IMG/VR virus record: IMGVR_UViG_3300048997_000130
Location: 96,001-160,000 of that record
Direction: 5' to 3' (one strand)
Source of the DNA: a virus
DNA length: 64,000 nucleotides
Of this stretch, positions 44,420-54,118 are shown piece by piece. The notes below the pieces were generated by a model that did not search any database, was not told where the DNA came from, and saw only the letters and a list, made by a program, of their open reading frames with translations. Numbering within the stretch: the first letter of the stretch is position 1; the number at the start of each line of letters is the position of its first letter. The position numbers and the translations under genes are program-made.

Positions 44420-44689
44420 TTAGAATATCCAGCCAAGTTGATGAGCGTTGGGATGATGAAGCTCGATATTCATGTGTGGTACTCCATCTTTAGATTGAGA
44501 ATGGATTACCCCGACAATATATAATTCAAGCATCATAATAGTCTGAGATTCTCCATGCTTATCTTTATAAAAAACCGGGCCCTTCGCTTGGACTCGTTGC
44601 CCGATTTGTGGAACTCCTACGAACAGATTAGGGAATTTAACGAATTTGAAAATATCAATACTAGTGTGACAGTGGCCTTTAATAAACAT
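44420..44689 (-). CDS. hypothetical protein
   Basis: 89 aa ORF. Confidence 0.6.
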   Translation of the reverse strand: MFIKGHCHTSIDIFKFVKFPNLFVGVPQIGQRVQAKGPVFYKDKHGESQTIMMLELYIVGVIHSQSKDGVPHMNIELHHPNAHQLGWIF

Positions 44690-44754
44690 ATGAGAAAATA
44701 CATAAATTATCAGCCAATTTCCGGAGATTCTACTATCTGATTTATATATGATGA

Positions 44755-45399
44755 TTGGAATATCATATGAGCCTCAATTGCCAATTAACTATTAAAGGAT
44801 GTGGAGCTGGAGCCAGGAATGGGAAATTGGTGCATGATAAGACGGGCCCAGTATCAGATTTCCTTCGTGATAATCAATATTATTATCGGACAGTTCAGAA
44901 TCATTTAATTGAATGTAAGAAATGCGATCCACAAGAAGCTTTGGAAGGGTTCTTACAAAATCGCAATTCCACTAAAAAATTTGGTCAAACGTCCCAGACG
45001 TTGATATTGATGGCTTTATCATATGAAAAACGCTTTGCTCAATATGTCAAAGAAGAGACTATTGATGAATTCGTCATGCGCGGCCTAATAGAAGCTCCTG
45101 AATGTTTTATCAATGAAGAATTGCGTTTAACAGATAATCAACTTTTGCAAGCTTTGCGCTGGTCGCACTATGCGATTTGGGCTTTTCGTTCACTTAAACG
45201 TAATGTTTCGTATCCTGTCGGATTCGAAAAATTTATTGATATCGTAAAACATGGGATTTGGCGAGGACGTTCTATCGTTATATCTAGACGTGTCCGAACA
45301 CTTTGTGATATTTGTCTGGCGATTGAAGGGTTGGAAGTCTTGCCGTGTGATGAAGACTTGCAGAAATTGGCAGTGATTGGATCGATTATGGGAACATGA
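44755..45399 (+). CDS. hypothetical protein with C-terminal tag
   Basis: ends DLQKLAVIGSIMGT. Confidence 0.75.
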   Translation: MEYHMSLNCQLTIKGCGAGARNGKLVHDKTGPVSDFLRDNQYYYRTVQNHLIECKKCDPQEALEGFLQNRNSTKKFGQTSQTLILMALSYEKRFAQYVKEETIDEFVMRGLIEAPECFINEELRLTDNQLLQALRWSHYAIWAFRSLKRNVSYPVGFEKFIDIVKHGIWRGRSIVISRRVRTLCDICLAIEGLEVLPCDEDLQKLAVIGSIMGT

Positions 45400-45917
45400 C
45401 AACCATTGAAATTGATTGGTTCCAAAAACCGGATACTTCGTTTCCAATATTTTCGCATTCCATTCAGCTTGAAATTCAAGGACTGGATGCTGGATTAACT
45501 ACATTCCAAATCAATATAACATTTGATATGAATCTAAATTTTCATATCAATGTGAAATTATGTGGCCCGTTATTTGATATATCTTCTCCAAGCCGGCAAA
45601 TGCAAACGCGATCATATAATAATTTCAGTTCTGTTTTTACGCTAAAGGAACTGTCTAGTCAAGGACTTGACAATAATTTGCATCGACTGGCATCTAATGC
45701 TGTCCATTGTTTCACTTATTTAAATCTCGATGTATCGTTATTCGATCCGGTTCTTGCTCAAATTAAACAATCATTTCAACAGCGTCTATCAATATTGATT
45801 CGAGCGCATATTACTCAACAACTTATCATGGTTGTGGGTTTGAATGCATACATACCGGATGATGAAATAGATTCCATAATTCAAACTATTCGTATTACGT
45901 CTGTTCTAAGTTCTTAA
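45396..45917 (+). CDS. family B paralogue with tag (L variant)
   Basis: ends IIQTIRITSVLSS. Confidence 0.85.
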   Translation: MTTIEIDWFQKPDTSFPIFSHSIQLEIQGLDAGLTTFQINITFDMNLNFHINVKLCGPLFDISSPSRQMQTRSYNNFSSVFTLKELSSQGLDNNLHRLASNAVHCFTYLNLDVSLFDPVLAQIKQSFQQRLSILIRAHITQQLIMVVGLNAYIPDDEIDSIIQTIRITSVLSS

Positions 45918-46448
45918 ATGGCTATTATTAAAGGATCTTGGATAATCAATATTGATGCGAATAAACCCAATATTGTACGAGAATTTGAATATCAATTTAT
46001 TTATTCCAATCAAATAAACGCTATAAACGCTTTGATTATATCTGTTGATTTCATATCAGAGCCTAAAAAAGCATTTGTTGATGTTCGAATGAATATTATT
46101 AGGCATAATTTCTATCAAAAATGTCTTGTTCACTACAATGAATTCAAGAATCCCTATCATTTGCCATTGATACTTGCTTTAAGACAAACTCGAGAGTTCT
46201 TGGATTCAATTGATGCTGCTGGTAGTTATGTAAATATGAATGACGTTTGGAAAGTTGATAAAGATAAATTCATATGTGATATAAAAGATTGTATTTTTAA
46301 GGAACTTTCAGAATTCTTACCAATTGTTGTTCGGAACCATGCTCGGAAGTCCCTTACTGATTTGCATGGTTTTCCTGGGCTTTTATCTGATTCCGATATC
46401 GATGAGCTGATTGCGGAAATCCGAGTTTCTGGAGTTATGAAACAATAA
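45918..46448 (+). CDS. family B paralogue with tag
   Basis: ends LIAEIRVSGVMKQ. Confidence 0.85.
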   Translation: MAIIKGSWIINIDANKPNIVREFEYQFIYSNQINAINALIISVDFISEPKKAFVDVRMNIIRHNFYQKCLVHYNEFKNPYHLPLILALRQTREFLDSIDAAGSYVNMNDVWKVDKDKFICDIKDCIFKELSEFLPIVVRNHARKSLTDLHGFPGLLSDSDIDELIAEIRVSGVMKQ

Positions 46449-46472
46449 ATTAAAGAAGGGAATTGGGATTTA

Positions 46473-46961
46473 TTGAAAATTAATACAATCGTTGAACAAA
46501 CCAATCATACTCAAAATTCTTTGATATTATTTCGTGATTCGGATGAATTAGTATATGATTTCCCGTACAATATCGTTAGTTTAGCCAGTATTCAAATAAG
46601 TATTGACCAAGCAACATTGGAAGCGACTATTTCAATATGGATTGAAAGCGGAATAGCAGTTTCCGGATGTTTTTCACCGTCTTCTGACATAAATCTCGAT
46701 GTTATTCTCGAACATCTACAGTATAAATTGAAGATCGAAGCAAAATTGATATATGAGAAACAATATCAATTTTACGCCCAATTTATTGAATATTTAATGG
46801 AACAAACTACGAACTTATTAAATAAATATATTCGAATGGCAATTCGTGATAATATTCGTCAACATTTATCACTGATAAACAATCTTCATCGATATATTTC
46901 AGACGAAGAATATGATATTATACTCTCAGAATCTCGAGTCCGCAGAGTTATGGCTATCTAA
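46473..46961 (+). CDS. family B paralogue with tag
   Basis: ends LSESRVRRVMAI. Confidence 0.85.
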   Translation: MKINTIVEQTNHTQNSLILFRDSDELVYDFPYNIVSLASIQISIDQATLEATISIWIESGIAVSGCFSPSSDINLDVILEHLQYKLKIEAKLIYEKQYQFYAQFIEYLMEQTTNLLNKYIRMAIRDNIRQHLSLINNLHRYISDEEYDIILSESRVRRVMAI

Positions 46962-47446
46962 TGACTAAAATTCATATTAAATGGATATCTACTTATAGAG
47001 AATTGCAATCAGAACTTATTTATGAATATCCTATTGATATTCGAGGAGATGATATAATTATCCCTGTCAATTTTAATATTTCTCTTTATTCTTTAAGTAT
47101 TAATATAAAATTGTGTCTGGATGACAAACTAAAATGGGTTTCTGATATTTATTTCCAAGATTTACGAAATAAAAATCCTGACGAACTATTGAAGAACATG
47201 CCCGATATGATCGAAGACTTATTTACTAAAAAAGGATGGATGCAAAATATTGATACGTCTCGAACATTAATAAAAATTATTTGCAATCGCGTTTTGGACG
47301 ATTTACAACAGCAACTACAGAATGTGCTCCAAATTTGGACGAGAGATAATATTCGGCAAATTTGTGAATTCTCTCGTTATATATCGGATGAATTTGTTGA
47401 TAAAACAATCGCTGAATGTAGAATTAAGCGAATTATGGACGAATAA
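46961..47446 (+). CDS. family B paralogue with tag
   Basis: ends IAECRIKRIMDE. Confidence 0.85.
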   Translation: MTKIHIKWISTYRELQSELIYEYPIDIRGDDIIIPVNFNISLYSLSINIKLCLDDKLKWVSDIYFQDLRNKNPDELLKNMPDMIEDLFTKKGWMQNIDTSRTLIKIICNRVLDDLQQQLQNVLQIWTRDNIRQICEFSRYISDEFVDKTIAECRIKRIMDE

Positions 47447-47989
47447 ATGGATACTTTTCCTATTATAGCTGTTTGGAGTACCATCAATCCCGATAAAGTC
47501 ATATCTAAAAACGAATATACGACGTTCGGATTCGGACCACAGATTGAAGAAATTAGAATTAATTTCACAGTGAGCTCTTATTCTAATTTGAATGTAGAAG
47601 TGGGAGTAATATTTATCTCTAAAAATCTCGGCCAAATTGATGAATATAGAACATTATATTCATCCGACATGTCTAAATCTGGGATTCAATCATTTTTAAA
47701 TGAATCTCGGAATTCATTATGGGCTGAATGCAAATTAAAACATATTGAGAAATGGAAAATCGCTCCGACAATTAACACAGTTAAAGAAGTCAATCAGCAA
47801 CTATCCAAACTTCTTGATATTATTAACGAGATAATATCAAATGAATTAATGATGAAGCTCCCTGAATGCGCAGCTCGTTATTTGAAATGGATTGTTAAAA
47901 TTATTCATGAGTTGCCTGAATTGTTATCTGATGAGACTATAGACGATTATATTAATAGGTTCCGAGTAAATAGAGTGATGGAATCATAA
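47447..47989 (+). CDS. family B paralogue with tag
   Basis: ends INRFRVNRVMES. Confidence 0.85.
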   Translation: MDTFPIIAVWSTINPDKVISKNEYTTFGFGPQIEEIRINFTVSSYSNLNVEVGVIFISKNLGQIDEYRTLYSSDMSKSGIQSFLNESRNSLWAECKLKHIEKWKIAPTINTVKEVNQQLSKLLDIINEIISNELMMKLPECAARYLKWIVKIIHELPELLSDETIDDYINRFRVNRVMES

Positions 47990-48352
47990 ATGGACAGCCA
48001 TTCTCAACTTATTGCGCTTCGAGATTCTCTTTGGGCACAACGACATCGGAATCATGCACTAGATCCAACTATTTATTTCCTTCTAGAACTCAAGAACATC
48101 ATTCTTAGAGGTGATGAATATGCTATAGATAAAGCAAACTGTAGGAATCATATTCTGCTCAATCTTCAAGTGGATTTGTCCGGATTTGGCGCGGATTACG
48201 GTCCATTTAAAGATGATATTGATATGCTTGTAAACGAAACTAATCTTCTAATTTCCAAAATTTGGAAAGATCTTCAAGATCATATTAGTTCTGGATCTAT
48301 ATGTTCTCACATTTTGCGAACCGTTCTAATACAGTTTCCGAAAGTTCCGTAA
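47990..48352 (+). CDS. hypothetical protein
   Basis: stop inside GTAAAT. Confidence 0.65.
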   Translation: MDSHSQLIALRDSLWAQRHRNHALDPTIYFLLELKNIILRGDEYAIDKANCRNHILLNLQVDLSGFGADYGPFKDDIDMLVNETNLLISKIWKDLQDHISSGSICSHILRTVLIQFPKVP

Positions 48353-48374
48353 ATCTTTATAACTAATTCATAAT
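48349..48374 (+). promoter_or_regulatory. GTAAAT-N14-CATAAT promoter upstream of tRNA/endonuclease locus
   Basis: exact consensus spacing. Confidence 0.65.
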
Positions 48375-48436
48375 ATATGATGGAGATAAGAGATTGTAAA
48401 TGTAAAGTAAAGACAAGTAATAAAGTTACGAATCAC

Positions 48437-48462
48437 GGCCCTTGGTGGAATCGGCAGACACG
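48437..48462 (+). pseudogene. 5' fragment of a tRNA-Leu-like gene
   Basis: GGCCCTTGGTGGAATCGGCAGACACG = acceptor 5' strand + D-arm; no 3' half follows. Confidence 0.6.
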
Positions 48463-48474
48463 ATAATAACTAAT

Positions 48475-49182
48475 ATGTATAAGAGCAATAATCATAGATC
48501 TAAATATTCATATAATATCGAGATCTTTGAAAAATCTGACCCGATTGCTTATTATATATTAGGAGTTATTGCTACTGACGGTGCTTTGTTTGAATCATCA
48601 AGATACAGGATGTTTAAGATTGATTCTAAGGATAAAGATTGGTTGGAATCAATACGAGACATTATAGTTCCTGGCAAACCTCTTTACGAATATAAAAATA
48701 AAAATCTTTATACACTGTCTATTTATTGTCGTCCAATATTTGATTGGGTTAAATCTAATGGCATGACGCCAAATAAAACGTTGACTCTAAAGATGCCGAG
48801 GATAAACCATTTTTATTACCGAGATTTTTTGAGAGGCGTGATTGATGGTGATGGTTCCGTAAGTCTTTGCAAAATGAATGGTTACGACAGTGTGTATATG
48901 AAAATAATTACTGCCAGCGAAGTATTTGCAAATGAATTGAATTTTATTTTATCAGAATTATTTGAAAAGCCTACCGCTTTCACAGAAATTAGACATAGTA
49001 AATTGGCTAAGCCAAGTTCTCCTACAACTCGTGCATTCCGAGTTCAATATGGTGGTCGTAGAGCAGTCAAATTTCTAGATGGAATCTATTATGATCATAA
49101 ATTACTTAAATTAGAAAGGAAATTCCAAAATTATATGAAGATAAAACAAATATTTGTTGATACTGATCGTAGGTATGACTGA
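48475..49182 (+). CDS. LAGLIDADG homing endonuclease (two motifs)
   Basis: AYYILGVIATDG and RDFLRGVIDGDGS. Confidence 0.9.
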   Translation: MYKSNNHRSKYSYNIEIFEKSDPIAYYILGVIATDGALFESSRYRMFKIDSKDKDWLESIRDIIVPGKPLYEYKNKNLYTLSIYCRPIFDWVKSNGMTPNKTLTLKMPRINHFYYRDFLRGVIDGDGSVSLCKMNGYDSVYMKIITASEVFANELNFILSELFEKPTAFTEIRHSKLAKPSSPTTRAFRVQYGGRRAVKFLDGIYYDHKLLKLERKFQNYMKIKQIFVDTDRRYD

Positions 49183-49188
49183 AATAAT

Positions 49189-49274
49189 GCCCTGGTGGTG
49201 GAATGGTATACACTCCGCGCTTAAAACGCGGCGCCTTAGCCGGATTGTGGGTTCGAGTCCCACCCAGGGTACCA
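49189..49274 (+). tRNA. tRNA-Leu(UAA)
   Basis: GCCCTGG/CCAGGGT acceptor, CCGCG-CT-TAA-AA-CGCGG anticodon arm, long variable arm, GTGGG-TTCGAGT-CCCAC, ACCA end. Confidence 0.95.
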
Positions 49275-49421
49275 TAGTGGAGTTTAAGATTGCCGAGGGT
49301 TCGAGTAATCGGTCAATTTCCTCCATTAGTTTCCTGTTAGATGATTCATTTATAAATTTGTTTAATATCGAGAGCTCGACATCTTGTAAACGAATGGAAT
49401 GGATTATCTAGACAGGAACCT

Positions 49422-49691
49422 ATGATATTTTTGAATTTTGGATATTTATTTGATACTGTGACAACGTCAAATAAATTATCGATCAATCCAACTGTTCATC
49501 AATCAGGACATACTGTCCTTGATGAGCGTAATGCAAATTGGTTTAAGCGACTCCCTGTCCACAAGAAAGTGGACTATTTTATCAAAAATGGGATGGGAAT
49601 TCGAGCTATCGCTAAAGAACTGCATCTGCCTAAGAAGACAGTTCGAGCTATTCTGCATAGTAACGTTCTGAAGGATGTCATGCAATCGTGA
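49422..49691 (+). CDS. HTH protein with C-terminal tag
   Basis: NGMGIRAIAKELHLPKKTVRAIL; ends VLKDVMQS. Confidence 0.75.
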   Translation: MIFLNFGYLFDTVTTSNKLSINPTVHQSGHTVLDERNANWFKRLPVHKKVDYFIKNGMGIRAIAKELHLPKKTVRAILHSNVLKDVMQS

Positions 49692-49811
49692 AGATTTAGT
49701 GAATAAGTTTGACGATTTTACGTATGCACATCCCTTGTTATCTTTGCCTATTGTAGTGGTTTTAGCCGTGTCTTTGCCCATTTATGTTTTCGCTGCTAAG
49801 CGAATTCTTAA

Positions 49812-50015
49812 ATGGCAGCGGTCATGAACTGGCAAGAATCTAAATCTTGGTGGTCATTGTCGAACGACGATAAAAATCGACTTCGCTCTCGTATTCAAGA
49901 ACTTCGCCAAGAAGGTTTCATGGTTCGTTCAATCGCTAAATGGCTTGGAATCACTCGTTTAGTTGTTCGAGATTGTTTGCATGAAATTTTGACATCAGAA
50001 ATCATGGATTCTTAG
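49812..50015 (+). CDS. HTH protein with C-terminal tag
   Basis: EGFMVRSIAKWLGITRLVVRDCL; ends LTSEIMDS. Confidence 0.8.
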   Translation: MAAVMNWQESKSWWSLSNDDKNRLRSRIQELRQEGFMVRSIAKWLGITRLVVRDCLHEILTSEIMDS

Positions 50016-50350
50016 TTTACAGCCATACTGCGTAGTCCTCGCTTTAGAGATTCGTTGGCTCGCAATATACCATCTTTGAATTCTTGGACTTGACCCGTAC
50101 ATGCTGCTAAAATAGCAGCACTTATCCATAACGTTGTATCTTGGATAATGTCTTGTGGTAAGTTAATATTAATGGACGCGTCATTTATATTATCCAGCGC
50201 GTCACAAGCTCTCAACACAGTCCTAGGACCATCCAACTTTTCTAATTGTCTTAAATCATAAGCCACATTTGGCATGCCTCTTGATTCAAATATTATGGGC
50301 AAAAATGTGCGAATAATTATATCAGCTTTTGGGAGTAATATGTTTTTCAA
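50012..50350 (-). CDS. hypothetical protein, counter-oriented
   Basis: 112 aa ORF converging on 49812. Confidence 0.55.
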   Translation of the reverse strand: MKNILLPKADIIIRTFLPIIFESRGMPNVAYDLRQLEKLDGPRTVLRACDALDNINDASININLPQDIIQDTTLWISAAILAACTGQVQEFKDGILRANESLKRGLRSMAVN

Positions 50351-50468
50351 AATTCGGCTTCCATAACATTATATAAATAACATACACAGAATTAGACACG
50401 GATCATATTATTGTTCGCACAAAACATTAATAAACTCTAATATTGGTAATATCTAATAGATAATCTAA

Positions 50469-51059
50469 ATGTCTAATACTTCTCCATCCAGTCCGAAAGA
50501 GAAAACTCCGGAACAAGTCCGTCAGGAATTTCTGGAGATGATACATTTCAATATTCGATATTGGTCCAGCCATTCATTAGAGAAGTCCGTGGAGGATCGC
50601 TTAAAAGGTCTAGCTTTTTCAATACTAGTGGCTATAGATGGGAATCATGCAGGCCTCCCCGCATTTATTTTGGCCCCTAATCCCGATTCTACTGATAAAT
50701 CTCATCATATTAAGATGAATGAAGATTATTTTCCCGAACAAATCACTAATATCCGATGTAATATTTCAGGATCTCTCCAAGATGCACTTTATGGGATTCC
50801 GACTCCACAATTGATAGAACCAGACAGTAATCCTTATATCTGTATGGATTGCGGTCAAGATGGTTCTAGTGAGTTGGAATGTCTACATTGCCATAGTAAT
50901 CAAGTATTTAATAAATACGATAACGGATGGACTTGTAGGGTTTGTAAAAAGGAGTTATCGAGCAATTACCTATCCATCTGTTCCACAAAATGTCAAGAAG
51001 AATTTATTCAATTCGGAGAAGAGTGCTTTCCAAGTTTGCCTGTTAGCCACCCAAAGTGA
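50469..51059 (+). CDS. hypothetical protein with C-terminal Zn-binding region
   Basis: GLAFSILVAIDG..LPAF.LAP; CMDC/CLHC/CRVC. Confidence 0.7.
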   Translation: MSNTSPSSPKEKTPEQVRQEFLEMIHFNIRYWSSHSLEKSVEDRLKGLAFSILVAIDGNHAGLPAFILAPNPDSTDKSHHIKMNEDYFPEQITNIRCNISGSLQDALYGIPTPQLIEPDSNPYICMDCGQDGSSELECLHCHSNQVFNKYDNGWTCRVCKKELSSNYLSICSTKCQEEFIQFGEECFPSLPVSHPK

Positions 51060-51384
51060 ACTCGGACTCGAACTCACTGGAGTTCTGGATAGGAATCTTA
51101 TTCATAAGCTCGGTCCAATAGCCTTCTGCGCTAAAGGACTTTATAATTCCGGATGCACTCATTTAATCGATTGGACGCATATTCCTAATATCTGTCAAAA
51201 GCCCGTTGGTCCCATTTTATTATATATTGTCAGCCCAAAAATTCGACCAGGAACCGGATTCTTTGTCCAATCTTGTATTGATCATCATATGCAAGATGTC
51301 CAATTGACTGATCTTTGGTTCATTCGCAAACCAAATATTGAAGAACTCAATTCCTATTATATTCATACCATCATGGACATGTAG
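50860..51384 (+). CDS. hypothetical protein with C-terminal tag (start unresolved)
   Basis: ends NSYYIHTIMDM; only listed start overlaps the upstream gene by 200 nt. Confidence 0.6.
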   Translation: MVLVSWNVYIAIVIKYLINTITDGLVGFVKRSYRAITYPSVPQNVKKNLFNSEKSAFQVCLLATQSELGLELTGVLDRNLIHKLGPIAFCAKGLYNSGCTHLIDWTHIPNICQKPVGPILLYIVSPKIRPGTGFFVQSCIDHHMQDVQLTDLWFIRKPNIEELNSYYIHTIMDM

Positions 51385-51386
51385 AT

Positions 51387-51749
51387 ATGGTTTCCGATTT
51401 GATGATAACCAAAGAATCATGTGCTCTTAAATATTCAATTCGTCAACTCCAACAACAATTAAATTTAGAGCCTGATGGCGAACTCACAGCTTTATTGATT
51501 CCAGCTTTGAAACCTGGTTTATTTTTCCCTAAATATTTAAATTGTAATTTTGAACACAGTATAATATGGCGCTGTCAACGGCCAGCTTACGGTTTCGTTC
51601 TATTTCATGATATCAAACCGGAATCACGCATTGTTGTGACATGTTGCGAACAACATCCAATATCAATTGTTAAATTCGGTTGGAATTTCCGATTGTTGAC
51701 GAGTATTGAACGATCAGAATTAATTATTTTGCAAATCATGAATTCATAA
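51387..51749 (+). CDS. hypothetical protein with C-terminal tag
   Basis: ends ELIILQIMNS. Confidence 0.75.
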   Translation: MVSDLMITKESCALKYSIRQLQQQLNLEPDGELTALLIPALKPGLFFPKYLNCNFEHSIIWRCQRPAYGFVLFHDIKPESRIVVTCCEQHPISIVKFGWNFRLLTSIERSELIILQIMNS

Positions 51750-51796
51750 GTTATATAATGGAAATCTTCCGACATTCTTTGTAAGTTTTTGAATAT

Positions 51797-52351
51797 ATGT
51801 CTCCAAGAACTGGTATTATATTCTTGCTTGAGAATCTTCAAATTGCCTCCGAAATTGGCAGAGTTGCCGAACGTTTGGCCGGAGCTCGATTGTTACATGC
51901 TCAACTGAATATATATGAGCCTCTCATCGATGGTCCTGATAAATCTTTAAGGTTCAGTCATTTTTTCCATATTTCTGATGGACTAGATAATCAGTTCCTT
52001 ACTCAATCTTTGTTATTGAGTTTCCCGCAGTTATGTGATGTTGATCTGGTTCGCAATATTAGTGATACCAATCATATAAATACTCCCGGGAGTAAATCTG
52101 CATATTCCACTCTCATTGACTATGTTGACAATCAATTCCGGACGCAACTTAGAGAAACCAAAGCTCGATTGAATTTGGAATTCGAGAAGTTCCAAAAAAC
52201 TGATGCTTATAAACAGCAACGTATTCGGAAAGTCCAAGATTCCGCTCGTCAAGAACTCCAGAAATACTTGATACGATATGCGGAGCTCGATGATGAATTT
52301 ATCCGCAATACGATGGATACATTATTGATCCGAGATACAATGGAGCAATAG
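51797..52351 (+). CDS. family A paralogue with tag
   Basis: ends MDTLLIRDTMEQ. Confidence 0.85.
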   Translation: MSPRTGIIFLLENLQIASEIGRVAERLAGARLLHAQLNIYEPLIDGPDKSLRFSHFFHISDGLDNQFLTQSLLLSFPQLCDVDLVRNISDTNHINTPGSKSAYSTLIDYVDNQFRTQLRETKARLNLEFEKFQKTDAYKQQRIRKVQDSARQELQKYLIRYAELDDEFIRNTMDTLLIRDTMEQ

Positions 52352-52353
52352 TC

Positions 52354-52938
52354 ATGGGAACCTTATCTGATTTTGAACATTCAACTATCGCTCAAATAGT
52401 ATTTAAGACTCCGGAATTATCGATATTATTGAAAAAACTTCCGAATATTTTGAAGAAGATTCGCCTACTAGATATTACGTTAGATATTTCTAGAGAATTC
52501 AATTCTGATAATAATTCATTCTCATGTTCTATTAAGAGACGCCATTTATTATTGATTAATGGGAAAGAAATTATAAAATATAATATTTCCAATATCGGAT
52601 TTTCAGATACACAACTGGATGCCGACGTCAGGGCTATTATTAGATCAAATTCTCCAATATTCTATACAGAAATGGATTATCAACGAACTATCAATCATTT
52701 AGAAAATTTGATTAATTTGGAATTCCAAGAACATCGATTCCGGAGCCAGACGAGGATCTATCGATTAATTAAACAATTTGTAAATACTTCACAATTCCAA
52801 ACGTATCAAACAACAACCATTCGCAATGCAGCCACTCAAGACATATATTCAGTCTTGTCTGCTTATTCGCATTTGGGAGATGATTTCATAAAATCATCAA
52901 TCGATACTTTTTTGATTCGCCATACGATGGATATGTGA
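52354..52938 (+). CDS. family A paralogue with tag
   Basis: ends IDTFLIRHTMDM. Confidence 0.85.
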   Translation: MGTLSDFEHSTIAQIVFKTPELSILLKKLPNILKKIRLLDITLDISREFNSDNNSFSCSIKRRHLLLINGKEIIKYNISNIGFSDTQLDADVRAIIRSNSPIFYTEMDYQRTINHLENLINLEFQEHRFRSQTRIYRLIKQFVNTSQFQTYQTTTIRNAATQDIYSVLSAYSHLGDDFIKSSIDTFLIRHTMDM

Positions 52939-53502
52939 ATGGCTAAATCGTTCGATTTTGATAAAGGCGTTGCAGCCATTTACGCGTCTGATGAATTTGC
53001 AACGATATCTAAGGGACTGGAATCCAGTATTAAATCTCTCAGATTTTCCGATGTCCGATTTGATGTATTCATACAGGAAAATAAATCTAAGTTAAAGATC
53101 AATGTAATATTTCTAATCCATGCAGGTGAATGCTCTGTTATAGCTCACCGCAATTTTAAGATCCGATGCAGACAAATCATCGGGCCTTTGAACTTATTAT
53201 TGCAATTTGGCCAAATCCTTGAACCATATTGTCAAAATATTCAAATTGATATTGTGAATCAATTCTTGGATACAATGGATATTCGATTTGAAAGCATCAT
53301 TGAAGAAGCCAGTATACGACTCCGGAATCAATTTTGTGAATATTTGGAAAAACCCTATTTTAAGCAAAAGAGAACAGAAGCTGTTGTAAGTTATGCTAAA
53401 CAAGAAATGGATAAATTATTATCTATATTTTCTAATTTGGATTTTGAAACTTTGCAGTCTATATTTAATGAATCAATGGTTCGTAATATAATGGAACAAT
53501 AA
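52939..53502 (+). CDS. family A paralogue with tag
   Basis: ends FNESMVRNIMEQ. Confidence 0.85.
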   Translation: MAKSFDFDKGVAAIYASDEFATISKGLESSIKSLRFSDVRFDVFIQENKSKLKINVIFLIHAGECSVIAHRNFKIRCRQIIGPLNLLLQFGQILEPYCQNIQIDIVNQFLDTMDIRFESIIEEASIRLRNQFCEYLEKPYFKQKRTEAVVSYAKQEMDKLLSIFSNLDFETLQSIFNESMVRNIMEQ

Positions 53503-53503
53503 T

Positions 53504-54118
53504 ATGAATGATCCTGTGATCAATAAAATGATAAGAAAAATTTGTTCTTATCCAGTTATTACAACAGTAATTAATAATCATAAAGACATTATTATTAATT
53601 CAAAAATTATTGAATTCCAGTGCGAATCTGAACTCGGCATGACGCCCAGCAAATCGTTTGTCATTGCTACTACGTTATACGCGATTGTTCAAATTTCTGA
53701 GCAGAATTATCTCATGGCATCTGAGACTATAGAATTACTCTTGGATTGGCATCCGTTTAAGGTTCAAGATATTATGCAATCGTTAGTCAATGAAGTTATC
53801 ATTAAATGCGTTGAAGCGATAACTATCCAGTTCGATAGAATACTGACTGAGTCTGAATTATCATATGTTAAACTCCATATCTATGACTTCATTAATACTA
53901 CCAATTCCGAAGTTCTTAAGCAAAAATTTGATATGTTCAAAACCCAAACCAATGATTTCATAAAATCGGCTGCATTTGAACAACTACGTCGTAAGTCCAC
54001 TATTAAAATTTTTGAATCATGTCTGCATGGATTCATGGGCGCATTTGAAAGCATTGATGATAACGTGATGCGCGCGGCTTTCAATTCATACTTTGTTCAT
54101 ACTATTATGGAATCCTGA
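53504..54118 (+). CDS. family A paralogue with tag
   Basis: ends FNSYFVHTIMES. Confidence 0.85.
   Translation: MNDPVINKMIRKICSYPVITTVINNHKDIIINSKIIEFQCESELGMTPSKSFVIATTLYAIVQISEQNYLMASETIELLLDWHPFKVQDIMQSLVNEVIIKCVEAITIQFDRILTESELSYVKLHIYDFINTTNSEVLKQKFDMFKTQTNDFIKSAAFEQLRRKSTIKIFESCLHGFMGAFESIDDNVMRAAFNSYFVHTIMES

Noticed and set aside
48463-49188. Group I intron in a tRNA
   Set aside because: Only 12 nt and 6 nt flank the ORF, leaving no room for a ribozyme core, and the downstream tRNA is complete rather than a 3' exon.
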